Source of the DNA: Nitrosopumilaceae archaeon
GTDB lineage: Archaea; Thermoproteota; Nitrososphaeria; Nitrososphaerales; Nitrosopumilaceae
NCBI GenBank assembly: GCA_965208905.1
Contig: OZ242365.1
Location: 384,001 to 448,000, forward strand
Direction: 5' to 3'
Length of the DNA stretch: 64,000 nucleotides
Part shown: positions 50,464 through 59,600 of the stretch, piece by piece
Numbering within the stretch: position 1 is the stretch's first letter
Layout: each line of letters opens with the position of its first letter
Made by a program: the position numbers and the translations under genes
The notes under the pieces: model-generated
Told to the model about the DNA's origin: nothing
The model's database searches: none
Seen by the model: only the letters and a program-made list of their open reading frames with translations

Positions 50464-51190
50464 CCAACCTCTCCTTGATTAATCGTACACACTCTTTTAG
50501 GTTTGCCATATTATCAAACTCGGCAATCTCGGCCAACTGTTCTGTGTGGTAGCCTTTCATCTCCTTACAATAATCAGACAATATAGGCAGGGCACGCGTT
50601 ATGTTGTCGACGATGGTGATACTGGCCGTGCGCGCAGTGCGGGAGAGTGGATTTAGGTCTATGGTTATCACCTTCTTTCCTGCATTTATTAGAGCCTGAG
50701 TTCTATCCCCATCTTCTAGAGGGACTACTACTGTGTCCGCCTGCGCTATACCATGACTTACCATCCTCCTCGCCGACTCCAACCCTTTTATCATACTATG
50801 TCGTTCAAGGCCTAACACCTCTTTGGCACCTGCCCTGTGCAACATTCCTATTATGATTCGCCGTCTCTGTATGCTGTCATAGAATAGATTCACTTCTATC
50901 TTTGAGTTGGATGCAAGTGATAGATTCACCACCTCCTTACTACATAATGCTGCTACATTTCCATTTACCGATATTACTGGATGTGATGATAGAAGTAGTG
51001 TGGCGGCCGCTGCCCGTATGGCTGCCTTGGCTGTAAGTAGAGTCTCTTCTCCTAGAATGTAGTCAAAGGCCTCTCCACGACCATGAGCCATCACTCCTTC
51101 CAATGCTACGGCGCCGCTCAGAAAGCCCGCCGATACCATCTCCCGTATACGTAGTGACTCATAACGTGGATGTGATCTTGGCACTGTCAT
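50444..51190 (-). CDS. Archaeal 4-phosphopantoate--beta-alanine ligase (phosphopantothenate synthetase)
   Basis: HPRYESL, AHGRGEAFDY, SVNGN, EVNLF, VPLEDGDR and DLNPLSRT motifs. Confidence 0.93.
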   Translation of the reverse strand: MTVPRSHPRYESLRIREMVSAGFLSGAVALEGVMAHGRGEAFDYILGEETLLTAKAAIRAAAATLLLSSHPVISVNGNVAALCSKEVVNLSLASNSKIEVNLFYDSIQRRRIIIGMLHRAGAKEVLGLERHSMIKGLESARRMVSHGIAQADTVVVPLEDGDRTQALINAGKKVITIDLNPLSRTARTASITIVDNITRALPILSDYCKEMKGYHTEQLAEIAEFDNMANLKECVRLIKERLDEYIDA

Positions 51191-52035
51191 TGGATTACTC
51201 GGGCCCCCTGCATGTCTATACTGGTGTTGTATACATCATATGGGCGTAGCGCATCGGTGATTATATGCTCGTCTTCTGGTGGAACCATGCAGAATATAGT
51301 CTCACCCACCATGGCGACACCACAGGGCGCACCCACATCTGTTACCCGTCTTATTACATCATTCATATCATCTGTTATGGCGCCATTTCTTTTGGCAAAT
51401 CTCATGGACAACTCCTGAAAGAGTTTCAAATCACCACCCATCACCATATCAATCATCGTGTCGTCACTTTGTATACTCTTTTGCAGAAACGCACTGGTGG
51501 ATGATGGCGCAAGACATACTATTAGAATGGCCGGGTCTCCCACATCAAGTTTTTCTATACGGCCATACCCGGGAGCGCCGCCCCGCACCCGCACCTCAAA
51601 TCCACCATGATATGCTGCCAATACGTCCCCTAGGCCACTATTGTAATGTAGCTCTACCCTGTGGGCTATCTGTCCTAATGTTATACTATCAATATTTGTC
51701 TTGAACGCTTCATTTAGCGCATATAGTGTCGATAGGGCCATCGCCCCACTAGAGCCTAATCCACATCCAACTGGCACTGTCGACTCATACTGAATATTTG
51801 CGCCGCCCACCTCTCCTGTCATATTATAAAATAGACGCGCAGTGTACTTTGTCATATCGCCCCACATGCCCCCTACAACCTCCACTCTATTCTCTTCTAT
51901 TACATGCACGGTAGCCTCCACTCCCATCTTGATGGAGAATCCCGCCCCCACTGATCCTGTCTCTTCGGGAGTATCGGCCATATCTGCCCTAAAGAAGCCA
52001 GTTATGTGAGCTGGGCAGAACGCCTTACCCTTCAT
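51187..52035 (-). CDS. Pantoate kinase (GHMP family)
   Basis: PAHITGFF, GSVGAG, PVGCGLGSSGA, GLGDV and GAPG motifs; within the CoA operon. Confidence 0.9.
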   Translation of the reverse strand: MKGKAFCPAHITGFFRADMADTPEETGSVGAGFSIKMGVEATVHVIEENRVEVVGGMWGDMTKYTARLFYNMTGEVGGANIQYESTVPVGCGLGSSGAMALSTLYALNEAFKTNIDSITLGQIAHRVELHYNSGLGDVLAAYHGGFEVRVRGGAPGYGRIEKLDVGDPAILIVCLAPSSTSAFLQKSIQSDDTMIDMVMGGDLKLFQELSMRFAKRNGAITDDMNDVIRRVTDVGAPCGVAMVGETIFCMVPPEDEHIITDALRPYDVYNTSIDMQGARVIQ

Positions 52036-52135
52036 TTAAAGTTGTTAAAATACACTAAAAATATAAGAATATGGATTGGTCAGTGTACGTAGCCTCTCCC
52101 GCACAAGTCTGAGCGATTACACATCAGACCCCACC

Positions 52136-52687
52136 TTATACGGATGTGGCAGAACTATACATCAACACTGAACATATGGTCTTTGAGTCTTGGATTTTGC
52201 CATTACATATCATGGATATGACATCATCCAGAGGGTATGCTTCCACAGATAAAATCTCATCCTCATCAAGATTGGTTTTAGTAAAAGTTAGGCCTGTGGC
52301 CACATAGCAGTGTATTATTTCGGTGTTATACCCTATGGATGGATAGAACGATAAGAGTGGCTTTATGGATTCTGCAATGTAGCCGGTCTCCTCCTGTAAC
52401 TCTCGGCGGGCGCACTCTAAAGGGTCCTCATTCTTCTCCAAAGTTCCCGCGGGTATCTCAAGTACGTTCCCGTGAGGGAATCTGTACTGGTTTACCATTA
52501 TGATATTCTCCTTGTTGTCTATGGCCAATATGGCCGCAGCGCCCGGATGCTCAATTATCTCTCTTCGTATGCGCCTCTCCCCCAAAACACTATCGTATAT
52601 GGAGAGTCCCAACACCTTTCCTTGAAACTTTTTATCACGCTCAAACAACTCTGTATCTTTACTTGCCACTATAGAGGGCTCCGTCAC
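52136..52687 (-). CDS. NUDIX hydrolase (ADP-ribose pyrophosphatase-like)
   Basis: HPGA, QYR, EIPAG..E..ARRELQEETG Nudix box, DSKT. Confidence 0.9.
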   Translation of the reverse strand: MTEPSIVASKDTELFERDKKFQGKVLGLSIYDSVLGERRIRREIIEHPGAAAILAIDNKENIIMVNQYRFPHGNVLEIPAGTLEKNEDPLECARRELQEETGYIAESIKPLLSFYPSIGYNTEIIHCYVATGLTFTKTNLDEDEILSVEAYPLDDVISMICNGKIQDSKTICSVLMYSSATSV

Positions 52688-52718
52688 TACCTTAAATAAA
52701 GAATCTACATTATACAGT

Positions 52719-53909
52719 ATGGTGGATTACAGACTAAAACTGGCCAAAAGAATGCTGTTCAATAAGAAAGGCAGTCTAATAGGAGCAGTTTTGGCAGTTA
52801 CCATTGGAATACTGGTTTTACATGTTAACTTTGTAATATTTCAGGGACTCTACGATGCCTTCATTCGAGATTTAACCGAATATAGTTACGGCGACATACT
52901 GGTTACCGACGAATCAAATTTAATTGAAAAGTCCGATACCATACTGATTAACTGGTTCTCTCGCATACCTGATGTCCAAGCGGCCGCTCCTCGGTTTTCA
53001 TCCAATGGCGAGATAAATATAACAAAGAGCGGGGGCATGATCGAGACGAATCGCGTACCACTCTTGGGCGTTGATCCCATACAGGACATTCAAGCATCTA
53101 CGGCGCACAAGACAGTATCTGAGGGAAGTTATGTCTTTTCTCAAAACTCCATTGTACTGGGCTCAAATATAGTGAAGGATTTGGGAGGTGTTCGTGTTGG
53201 AGATAGCATAGAAGTTGGCGTGGTCAATAGATGGGGTCAGGACGAAGTCCGCCGTTTCATAATATCTGGAATTGCCGCAGCTCCTGGCGGACAGGGGCTG
53301 GACTACTCTGCTGTGGTCCACATAGATACACTTCGTGATATGTTGGATAGGAAAGGGTATACCAGCTCTATAATGGTCAAACTACACGATCCCACAAAAG
53401 CAGAAAGTGTCCGTGATCTGTTTTTAGCATCATTTCCCAATGACGACTTTGTTGCTGAAACTATAGAAGAGTCGGCCGAACAACAACTGGCTGGTTTCCG
53501 TTCAGGCATTGCCATGATAAACATGATTGGCTACTTTGGAATGATGTCATCCGCATTTGCCATAGTGACCATACAGATGATGCTAGTCAACGGCAAAACC
53601 AAAGAGATTGGCATAATGCGCTCCATCGGAGCTCGTCGCAAAGATATTTTGGTTATATTTATCATGCAAGGTATACTTATAGGGTTTATAGGGGCGGCTG
53701 CTGGAACCGGTGCTGGCTTGGCTTATACCTTTTATGCCAAAGAGACGAAACTTTCATTCAATAACAGCATACCACTGGAGGTCACCTTTGACTGGCCTAA
53801 AATATCCCAGACTGCCTTGACAGCATTTGGCCTTGCTGTTTTAGCGTCATTATATCCATCATTTAGGGCCACTCGGCTACTCCCTGTGGAGGCGATGAGA
53901 TATGTCTAA
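52719..53909 (+). CDS. MacB/LolE-like ABC transporter permease
   Basis: N-terminal TM, extracellular domain, KEIGIMRSIGA and YPSFRA..PVEAMRY motifs. Confidence 0.9.
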   Translation: MVDYRLKLAKRMLFNKKGSLIGAVLAVTIGILVLHVNFVIFQGLYDAFIRDLTEYSYGDILVTDESNLIEKSDTILINWFSRIPDVQAAAPRFSSNGEINITKSGGMIETNRVPLLGVDPIQDIQASTAHKTVSEGSYVFSQNSIVLGSNIVKDLGGVRVGDSIEVGVVNRWGQDEVRRFIISGIAAAPGGQGLDYSAVVHIDTLRDMLDRKGYTSSIMVKLHDPTKAESVRDLFLASFPNDDFVAETIEESAEQQLAGFRSGIAMINMIGYFGMMSSAFAIVTIQMMLVNGKTKEIGIMRSIGARRKDILVIFIMQGILIGFIGAAAGTGAGLAYTFYAKETKLSFNNSIPLEVTFDWPKISQTALTAFGLAVLASLYPSFRATRLLPVEAMRYV

Positions 53910-54597
53910 GGTTTTGGATATTCGGGGCCTGACCAAGATATACGGCAAAGAGAAGGCAAATCAGGTTACGGCACTGAGTAACGTCTCTTTCTCTATAAAT
54001 CAAGGCGAGTTTGCCTTGGTGGTGGGAAGCTCGGGCTCAGGCAAGTCCACATTATTAAATATGATAGGACTCTTGGACAAGCCCACACACGGCACAATCT
54101 ATGTAGATGGTACAGATACCTCCAAACTGAACGACGGCCAGATATCCTCATTTCGTAACAAGAAGGTGGGATTTGTCTTTCAGTTTTCAAACCTACTATC
54201 CGACCTTACAGTTTTAGAGAATGTCATGCTTCCCATTCAGATGGCCGGAACGCCCAAGAGTCGTGAAAAAGCCGCCGAGTTGTTGGGGGCGGTGGGTTTG
54301 AGAGATCAGATGAAGCAGAAGGCGGATCGCATATCTGGCGGGCAGGCACAACGGGCGGCCATAGCCCGGGGGCTGGCAAACCAGCCAGCGTTAGTCTTGG
54401 CCGATGAACCCACAGGTAATCTAGACTCAGTTACATCTAAAAGTGTCGTGAAGTTGATGAAGTCGATGTGTAGTACATTGGGGCAGACTTTTGTGGTTGT
54501 AACCCATGACCAAGAAGATTTTGGGGATGTAGATCGTATTATACAAATGAAGGATGGTAAAGCCTATGAGACTATGGTTCGTGGGGTAAGGGCTTGA
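53902..54597 (+). CDS. LolD-like ABC transporter ATPase
   Basis: GSSGSGKST, GFVFQ, ISGGQ, LADEPTGNLD and VTHD motifs. Confidence 0.93.
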   Translation: MSKVLDIRGLTKIYGKEKANQVTALSNVSFSINQGEFALVVGSSGSGKSTLLNMIGLLDKPTHGTIYVDGTDTSKLNDGQISSFRNKKVGFVFQFSNLLSDLTVLENVMLPIQMAGTPKSREKAAELLGAVGLRDQMKQKADRISGGQAQRAAIARGLANQPALVLADEPTGNLDSVTSKSVVKLMKSMCSTLGQTFVVVTHDQEDFGDVDRIIQMKDGKAYETMVRGVRA

Positions 54598-55907
54598 AGT
54601 ATATATTTTTGGCTACCACACTATTATTCACATCTGTATGTGGGCTAGCCTTTGCGCAAGGCTTTGGTGGCTTTGGTGACTCTCCATTTGAGCGTGACTT
54701 TGGTGATATCAAGTATCTGGATTCATACTTTGGCACCTTTGAGTCGAAGGTTGAGGTGTCTCCTGGAGACAAGAACGTACCGTTTACAGTAGTGTTTGCG
54801 AATGTGGGAAGCCATGACATTACTGGCATAAGAGGAGAGATGTCACTACCATACGGATTTAATCCTACTCAAGGAGAAGGACTTGTGATTCATGCAGACA
54901 GCAATACCAACTCGAGGGCCGGAGATACATTCTATCTGACATTCTACATGGATATAGAGCCGTATGTAAACATACAAGAGTATCCGGCGGCAGTAAAGTT
55001 GGAGTTCGCACGGTTGCGCGAGTCAGGCACACGGAACGACTTTTTTGACTTTTACTTTTCAGTACCCGGCAGCGGAATTCTGCAGGTAAAGACATCCGAC
55101 CCATTTTTGATGTCACTACAGACCAACACGGTACAGGTACAGATAATCAACAATGGAACTGCAACACTATCCAACACTGCTGTCTCTACACTGGGAGATC
55201 AAGTTTTAATGGCGCAGAATGTCAACTCCAATCTTGAAAATGTGGTAATATACGAGTCCGACTGGGAGTTGGGTAATATAGCCCCATTCTCCTCTAAATA
55301 TATCGATATTGAGCTGTACATACCAGAGACGCTAAAGGGCGAAACACTACAACTTCCCTTGGTGGTGGAGTATATTGATGCTAATGGTGAGAGAATCAGT
55401 GATACTCGAATAGTCGACTTTTATATTCGAGGACTTGTTGACATCTCTGTTTATGGTATTGATACAATTACCATATCTGATACTATGATGGTGATAGGTG
55501 AGATAATCAATGAAGGAAATGAGGATGCGCTCTTTGGGTTTGTAACATTAGAGCCGCTGGGAACCTCAAACATATCTACCCAGACCCAGTTTATAGACGA
55601 GATAGATACAAGCTCACCAGTACCATTTAACATACCACTCTCTTTTGATGGTGACCCAATGTACGGAGAGCATGACATACAGATAACCGTCCGATATAAA
55701 GACGACATACGCGAAGAGCACTTTTTGACACAGGCGGCTAGCATAAATGTTGCATCCCCTCCGCCAACTGATACCAACAGAGTAATCCCGGGTTTGGATG
55801 TAGATTCGCCCATCAATGACTCATCTCTACTATTAATTATAACTGGTATTGTTGTTGTTGCAGTGGGTGTGGGTGTGGCCGTAGCAGTGCGCCGCCGCCG
55901 TAACTAG
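54594..55907 (+). CDS. COG1361-like S-layer-related exported protein
   Basis: Signal peptide, repeated Ig-like NxG motifs, C-terminal TM and RRRR; follows ABC genes as is typical. Confidence 0.75.
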   Translation: MKYIFLATTLLFTSVCGLAFAQGFGGFGDSPFERDFGDIKYLDSYFGTFESKVEVSPGDKNVPFTVVFANVGSHDITGIRGEMSLPYGFNPTQGEGLVIHADSNTNSRAGDTFYLTFYMDIEPYVNIQEYPAAVKLEFARLRESGTRNDFFDFYFSVPGSGILQVKTSDPFLMSLQTNTVQVQIINNGTATLSNTAVSTLGDQVLMAQNVNSNLENVVIYESDWELGNIAPFSSKYIDIELYIPETLKGETLQLPLVVEYIDANGERISDTRIVDFYIRGLVDISVYGIDTITISDTMMVIGEIINEGNEDALFGFVTLEPLGTSNISTQTQFIDEIDTSSPVPFNIPLSFDGDPMYGEHDIQITVRYKDDIREEHFLTQAASINVASPPPTDTNRVIPGLDVDSPINDSSLLLIITGIVVVAVGVGVAVAVRRRRN

Positions 55908-56018
55908 ATTATCGACCATACCGTATACACATCATACCAAGAGGTGGTAGGAGATTGAGTGTGTACGCTCCCCAAATGGAGCAGATATATAATTATCCAC
56001 TAAACATTACACGGTATA

Positions 56019-56696
56019 ATGAGACGTATAGTCATAAAATTATCTGGGCGTGTCTTTGGGGATAATGACGTATACTCCCTACATGACTATATTGACATAT
56101 TTGGTGCCATTAATGATGTACAGCCTATAATAATTGCTGGCGGCGGCGCCACAGCTCGTCATTACATTAACCGTGCTCGCGCATCTGGAGCTGATGAGTC
56201 CACACTTGATGAGTTGGGCATTGAAGTGTCTCGCCTTAATGCCAAATTACTGATATGCGCAGCAGGTGATAGGGCATATCCACATGTGCCTCTTACACTG
56301 GCAGATGTTCAAACGGCAACTGCGAGTGGCCTTATGGTGTTGAGTGGAGGCCTATATCCAGGTCAGAGCACAAATGGTACAGCAGCACTTATTGCTGAAC
56401 GAGTGGGCGCCTCAATCTTTCTAAATGCGACAGATGTGGATGGTGTCTATGACTCGGATCCAAATGTAAACAAGGATGCCAAGATCTTTAAAACCATAAC
56501 AATATCAAAACTTCAAGACATATTGATCAACAATACATCTGTTGCAGGTGGATATGACTTGATGGATATAATAGCTCTAAAGACGATTCAACGCTCCTCC
56601 ATACAGACACGAATAATACGTGCTACACCCAGCAACCTAAAGAATATACTACAAGGTAAACAGACCGATATGGGCACATTGATACTGCCTGACTAG
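56019..56696 (+). CDS. pyrH: UMP kinase
   Basis: VIKLSG, AGGGATARHYI, PGQSTN, ATDVDGVY..DP and GYDLMD motifs. Confidence 0.93.
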   Translation: MRRIVIKLSGRVFGDNDVYSLHDYIDIFGAINDVQPIIIAGGGATARHYINRARASGADESTLDELGIEVSRLNAKLLICAAGDRAYPHVPLTLADVQTATASGLMVLSGGLYPGQSTNGTAALIAERVGASIFLNATDVDGVYDSDPNVNKDAKIFKTITISKLQDILINNTSVAGGYDLMDIIALKTIQRSSIQTRIIRATPSNLKNILQGKQTDMGTLILPD

Positions 56697-57040
56697 ATAC
56701 TTACTACCGGATACTCCCGAGCCCACATTGTTACCTTATCACCACCAAACTGCTCTGTACCATTTTGGAGTAATTTTTTGTATGTATCTACAGCCTCGTC
56801 TTGTTCGGCGGCCTTTGATTGAGCTTTTGTATAACCATCTTCATCAACCACTACCACCACATAGCCATCATCACTTATAATTACTGCACCATACTCTTCT
56901 TCTCCCACGGGCACAAACTTCCCAGAGACTTTTTTGGTGGTGAGGGTCAACATGGAGAAGCCACCAGCTTCAAATAACTTCATCTGGGCCTTGGACGCGC
57001 GCCTCTTTCCTTCTTGAACTGCTTGAAAGTATTGCAACAA
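56693..57040 (-). CDS. Conserved hypothetical protein
   Basis: 115-aa ORF with plausible composition; TATATA upstream. Confidence 0.65.
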   Translation of the reverse strand: MLQYFQAVQEGKRRASKAQMKLFEAGGFSMLTLTTKKVSGKFVPVGEEEYGAVIISDDGYVVVVVDEDGYTKAQSKAAEQDEAVDTYKKLLQNGTEQFGGDKVTMWAREYPVVSI

Positions 57041-57241
57041 AGTAATGACACTATTACGCTATATATCTTACAGTTTGCGATCTACCATCAAAGATATGTA
57101 GAAAAAAGATCAGACTAGATGACTCTGGTTTGACACGGTATCCTGCAGGTCTAGCTCCCAAGTTTACATCACATATCACGTATAGTCTTTGCTGAATCAT
57201 ATCCTGCTAACATTTATCAGAACCTCAACCACATGTAATGT

Positions 57242-57772
57242 ATGAATCCCAAGGTGTTTGTAGGTGTGGCCATAGCTGCAGTCTTAGTGGGGGTAGCTTT
57301 GGTGGTTACTAGTGGCCCTGCACTACTTGAGGGATTTATGCCCAATCAACAACCAGCCACAGTTGTACCTGTCAATGTGAATGTAGATGATGTCAGTACA
57401 ATCTCACTAAATCAGGATGGTGCTACATTGGAGATTGTAATAAGAGTCTCAAATCCCAACCCCAAAGCTGCTATACTCTCACTGGTAAAGTATCAGATAT
57501 ATCAAGATGATGTACGAGTTGTAGCTGGCGAAATTGGAGAGAGGTCTGGGGGAATGGTGGATGCATCAGACTATTACACCATACTGAGTGATGGTAGTGT
57601 TGTTCTACGAGATAGGATTGATCTAGTTAACACTGGCGGAGCTCCTGAGTTTTGGGCGGCTTTGACATCTGGCGACATAACATGGTTTGTAACCGGTGAG
57701 GCGTTCTTTAACTTGAGTTCAATGACCTCTGGGCAGGAGAACATTATACTGTTTGAACAGACTGTGGACTGA
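57242..57772 (+). CDS. LEA_2-like membrane-anchored protein
   Basis: N-terminal TM helix; VSNPNP..VKYQIY..VVAGE pattern. Confidence 0.7.
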   Translation: MNPKVFVGVAIAAVLVGVALVVTSGPALLEGFMPNQQPATVVPVNVNVDDVSTISLNQDGATLEIVIRVSNPNPKAAILSLVKYQIYQDDVRVVAGEIGERSGGMVDASDYYTILSDGSVVLRDRIDLVNTGGAPEFWAALTSGDITWFVTGEAFFNLSSMTSGQENIILFEQTVD

Positions 57773-57843
57773 TTTTTAATTATATATTTTCAGACTCAAA
57801 TTAATCTACAAAACCTTAAAAGGATGAACAGTAGATAATTCTC

Positions 57844-57954
57844 ATGGCAGAAGCAGGAATGGCAGCTTATGGCGCCACAATAGGAGTTGCGATTGCACTT
57901 GCAGTAGTATGTTTTGCCCTTCGCGGCAAAGGACATCCTGACCCATTAGACTAA
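57844..57954 (+). CDS. Small single-TM protein (36 aa, absent from the ORF track)
   Basis: MAEAGMAAYGATIGVAIALAVVCFALRGKGHPDPLD; TTAAAA box about 25 bp upstream and T-rich terminator-like run downstream. Confidence 0.6.
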   Translation: MAEAGMAAYGATIGVAIALAVVCFALRGKGHPDPLD

Positions 57955-57998
57955 CCGTAGCCAAAACTCTTTTTTACTTTTATAATATTAAGGTCTCC

Positions 57999-59514
57999 GG
58001 TTCCTCCCGCAAGGACGGGTGCCATATATGACACCTCAACTATCTTTTTAAACATGTAGACCGTACTGTACGCTAATGGTACTACGCACATACACATTCG
58101 GCGTTAGATTCCGTAAAGGGTTCAAGAAAGAGATGTTGGCCAGACAGGCCGGCATGGACAGGTACGTGCATAACAAACTATTGGGAACCTTCAAGGAAGA
58201 GTACCGTCGAGCTGGGAGGGTCAACACTACGCGTGGTAGGATAAACACATGGTATACGGACTTACGCAACAATTCTGGTCCGAGTTGGATGCGTCAATCC
58301 ATATCCGGGGTGACGCGCCAAATATTATATGACTTGGGCAGGCATTATGACCAATATGTGGAAACAGAGAAGCTGAAGGCTGTCAACATCAAACCTAAGG
58401 CGGAGTTTGGTGAACCGCACTTTAAGAAATATGGAGGTCACATCTCCATCCCGTTGACGATAACACATGATGGTACCGTCGGCCAAGCGCGCTTCACCGA
58501 TACACGTACAATCAAGATAGCCAAGATGGGCGAGGCTAAACTGTCGCGGGAGTTTCCCGTCTTGAATTACCGATACAAGACGGCCCAACTATTTCAACTA
58601 CCGGATGGTGGGTGGAGGATTACCATATCCTGCGATATACCAGATGAGAAGCCAACCGTGACCGAGCAGACTGTTATTGGTATAGACCGGAATGTTGGTA
58701 ACGTGGCCACACCTGACTGTGTAATAATGGTACCCGAAAAGGTGGCACGCCGCATGAACAACGCCGAAAAAACAGCCTCTAAGGCAGAAAAGATAGCGTC
58801 ACGCAGGCATAAACCGGACTGTGTAAATCGTAAGCCCGGCTCCCGACGGTGGGCCAAAGCCGCCAAGAGGGTTGCCAAGAACAAACACAAAGCTGCAAAC
58901 ATGCGAAAGACCACCGCGCATAAAATATCACGCGTTATATCGGATAGCACCACACATGCAGCCTTTGAGAAACTTCCTATACAAAACATGACAAAGTCCG
59001 CCAAAGGTACGGAAGAAAACCCCGGCAAAAACGTTGCGCAGAAATCTGGTCTCAATAAGGCCATCCTGGAGCAGTGCTGGGGGCTGTTGGCATTACTGTT
59101 GGCGTACAAGTTGACTGGCGAAATAATTTGGGTTGCGGCAGCATATACAAGCCAACGGTGCTACTCGTGTGGTTATACACATAAGGATAACCGGGATGGT
59201 AGACGGTTCTTGTGTAAGGAGTGTGGTTACACGTATCATGCCGACTGTAATGCGGGCTCAAACATAGAGGATGTGGGGCTGAAGAAACTCGGTCCGGGGG
59301 CTAGGCATGGTCAACTAAACTTACGAAACTTGCCGGACCATACCGGCAGCACCCATTGTACAAGGGGCGTCTGGACGTGGAGGGTTCTTGCGTTAGCTCC
59401 CCTGAGAAGCGTCAAGCACAGACCGGGGAACGAGATGCTCTATACACCGTCGTCCTCTGGTGTGACGTGTAATGTATTGTGGATGCGGGAGCCCCCATGC
59501 TTGCAGTAGGAACC
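57999..59514 (+). mobile_element. TIR-bounded TnpB-only element, family C copy 2 (intact)
   Basis: Ends GGTTCCTCCCGCAAGGACGGG (57999) and CCCATGCTTGCAGTAGGAACC (59514); perfect 8-bp TSD AGGTCTCC (57991-57998 and 59515-59522). Confidence 0.92.
58076..59509 (+). CDS. tnpB: TnpB RNA-guided endonuclease (family C)
   Basis: RYVHN, RuvC-I GIDRN, RuvC-II AFEKL, GLNKAILEQCWG, TSQRCYSC..CKEC and RuvC-III HADCNA; TTTAAA promoter about 25 bp upstream. Confidence 0.92.
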   Translation: MVLRTYTFGVRFRKGFKKEMLARQAGMDRYVHNKLLGTFKEEYRRAGRVNTTRGRINTWYTDLRNNSGPSWMRQSISGVTRQILYDLGRHYDQYVETEKLKAVNIKPKAEFGEPHFKKYGGHISIPLTITHDGTVGQARFTDTRTIKIAKMGEAKLSREFPVLNYRYKTAQLFQLPDGGWRITISCDIPDEKPTVTEQTVIGIDRNVGNVATPDCVIMVPEKVARRMNNAEKTASKAEKIASRRHKPDCVNRKPGSRRWAKAAKRVAKNKHKAANMRKTTAHKISRVISDSTTHAAFEKLPIQNMTKSAKGTEENPGKNVAQKSGLNKAILEQCWGLLALLLAYKLTGEIIWVAAAYTSQRCYSCGYTHKDNRDGRRFLCKECGYTYHADCNAGSNIEDVGLKKLGPGARHGQLNLRNLPDHTGSTHCTRGVWTWRVLALAPLRSVKHRPGNEMLYTPSSSGVTCNVLWMREPPCLQ

Positions 59515-59600
59515 AGGTCTCCTCAAAGGTGACATGTCAACTATACACTATTGGCAGCTATCATAAATACGGTATACTCATACGCTTGAGACGGTACATC

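Noticed and set aside
10383-59514. Classifying the TnpB elements as ordinary IS605/IS1341 or IS607
   Set aside because: No Y1 or serine tnpA in the elements; ends are inverted repeats with 8-bp duplications and no shared motif directly at the left end.
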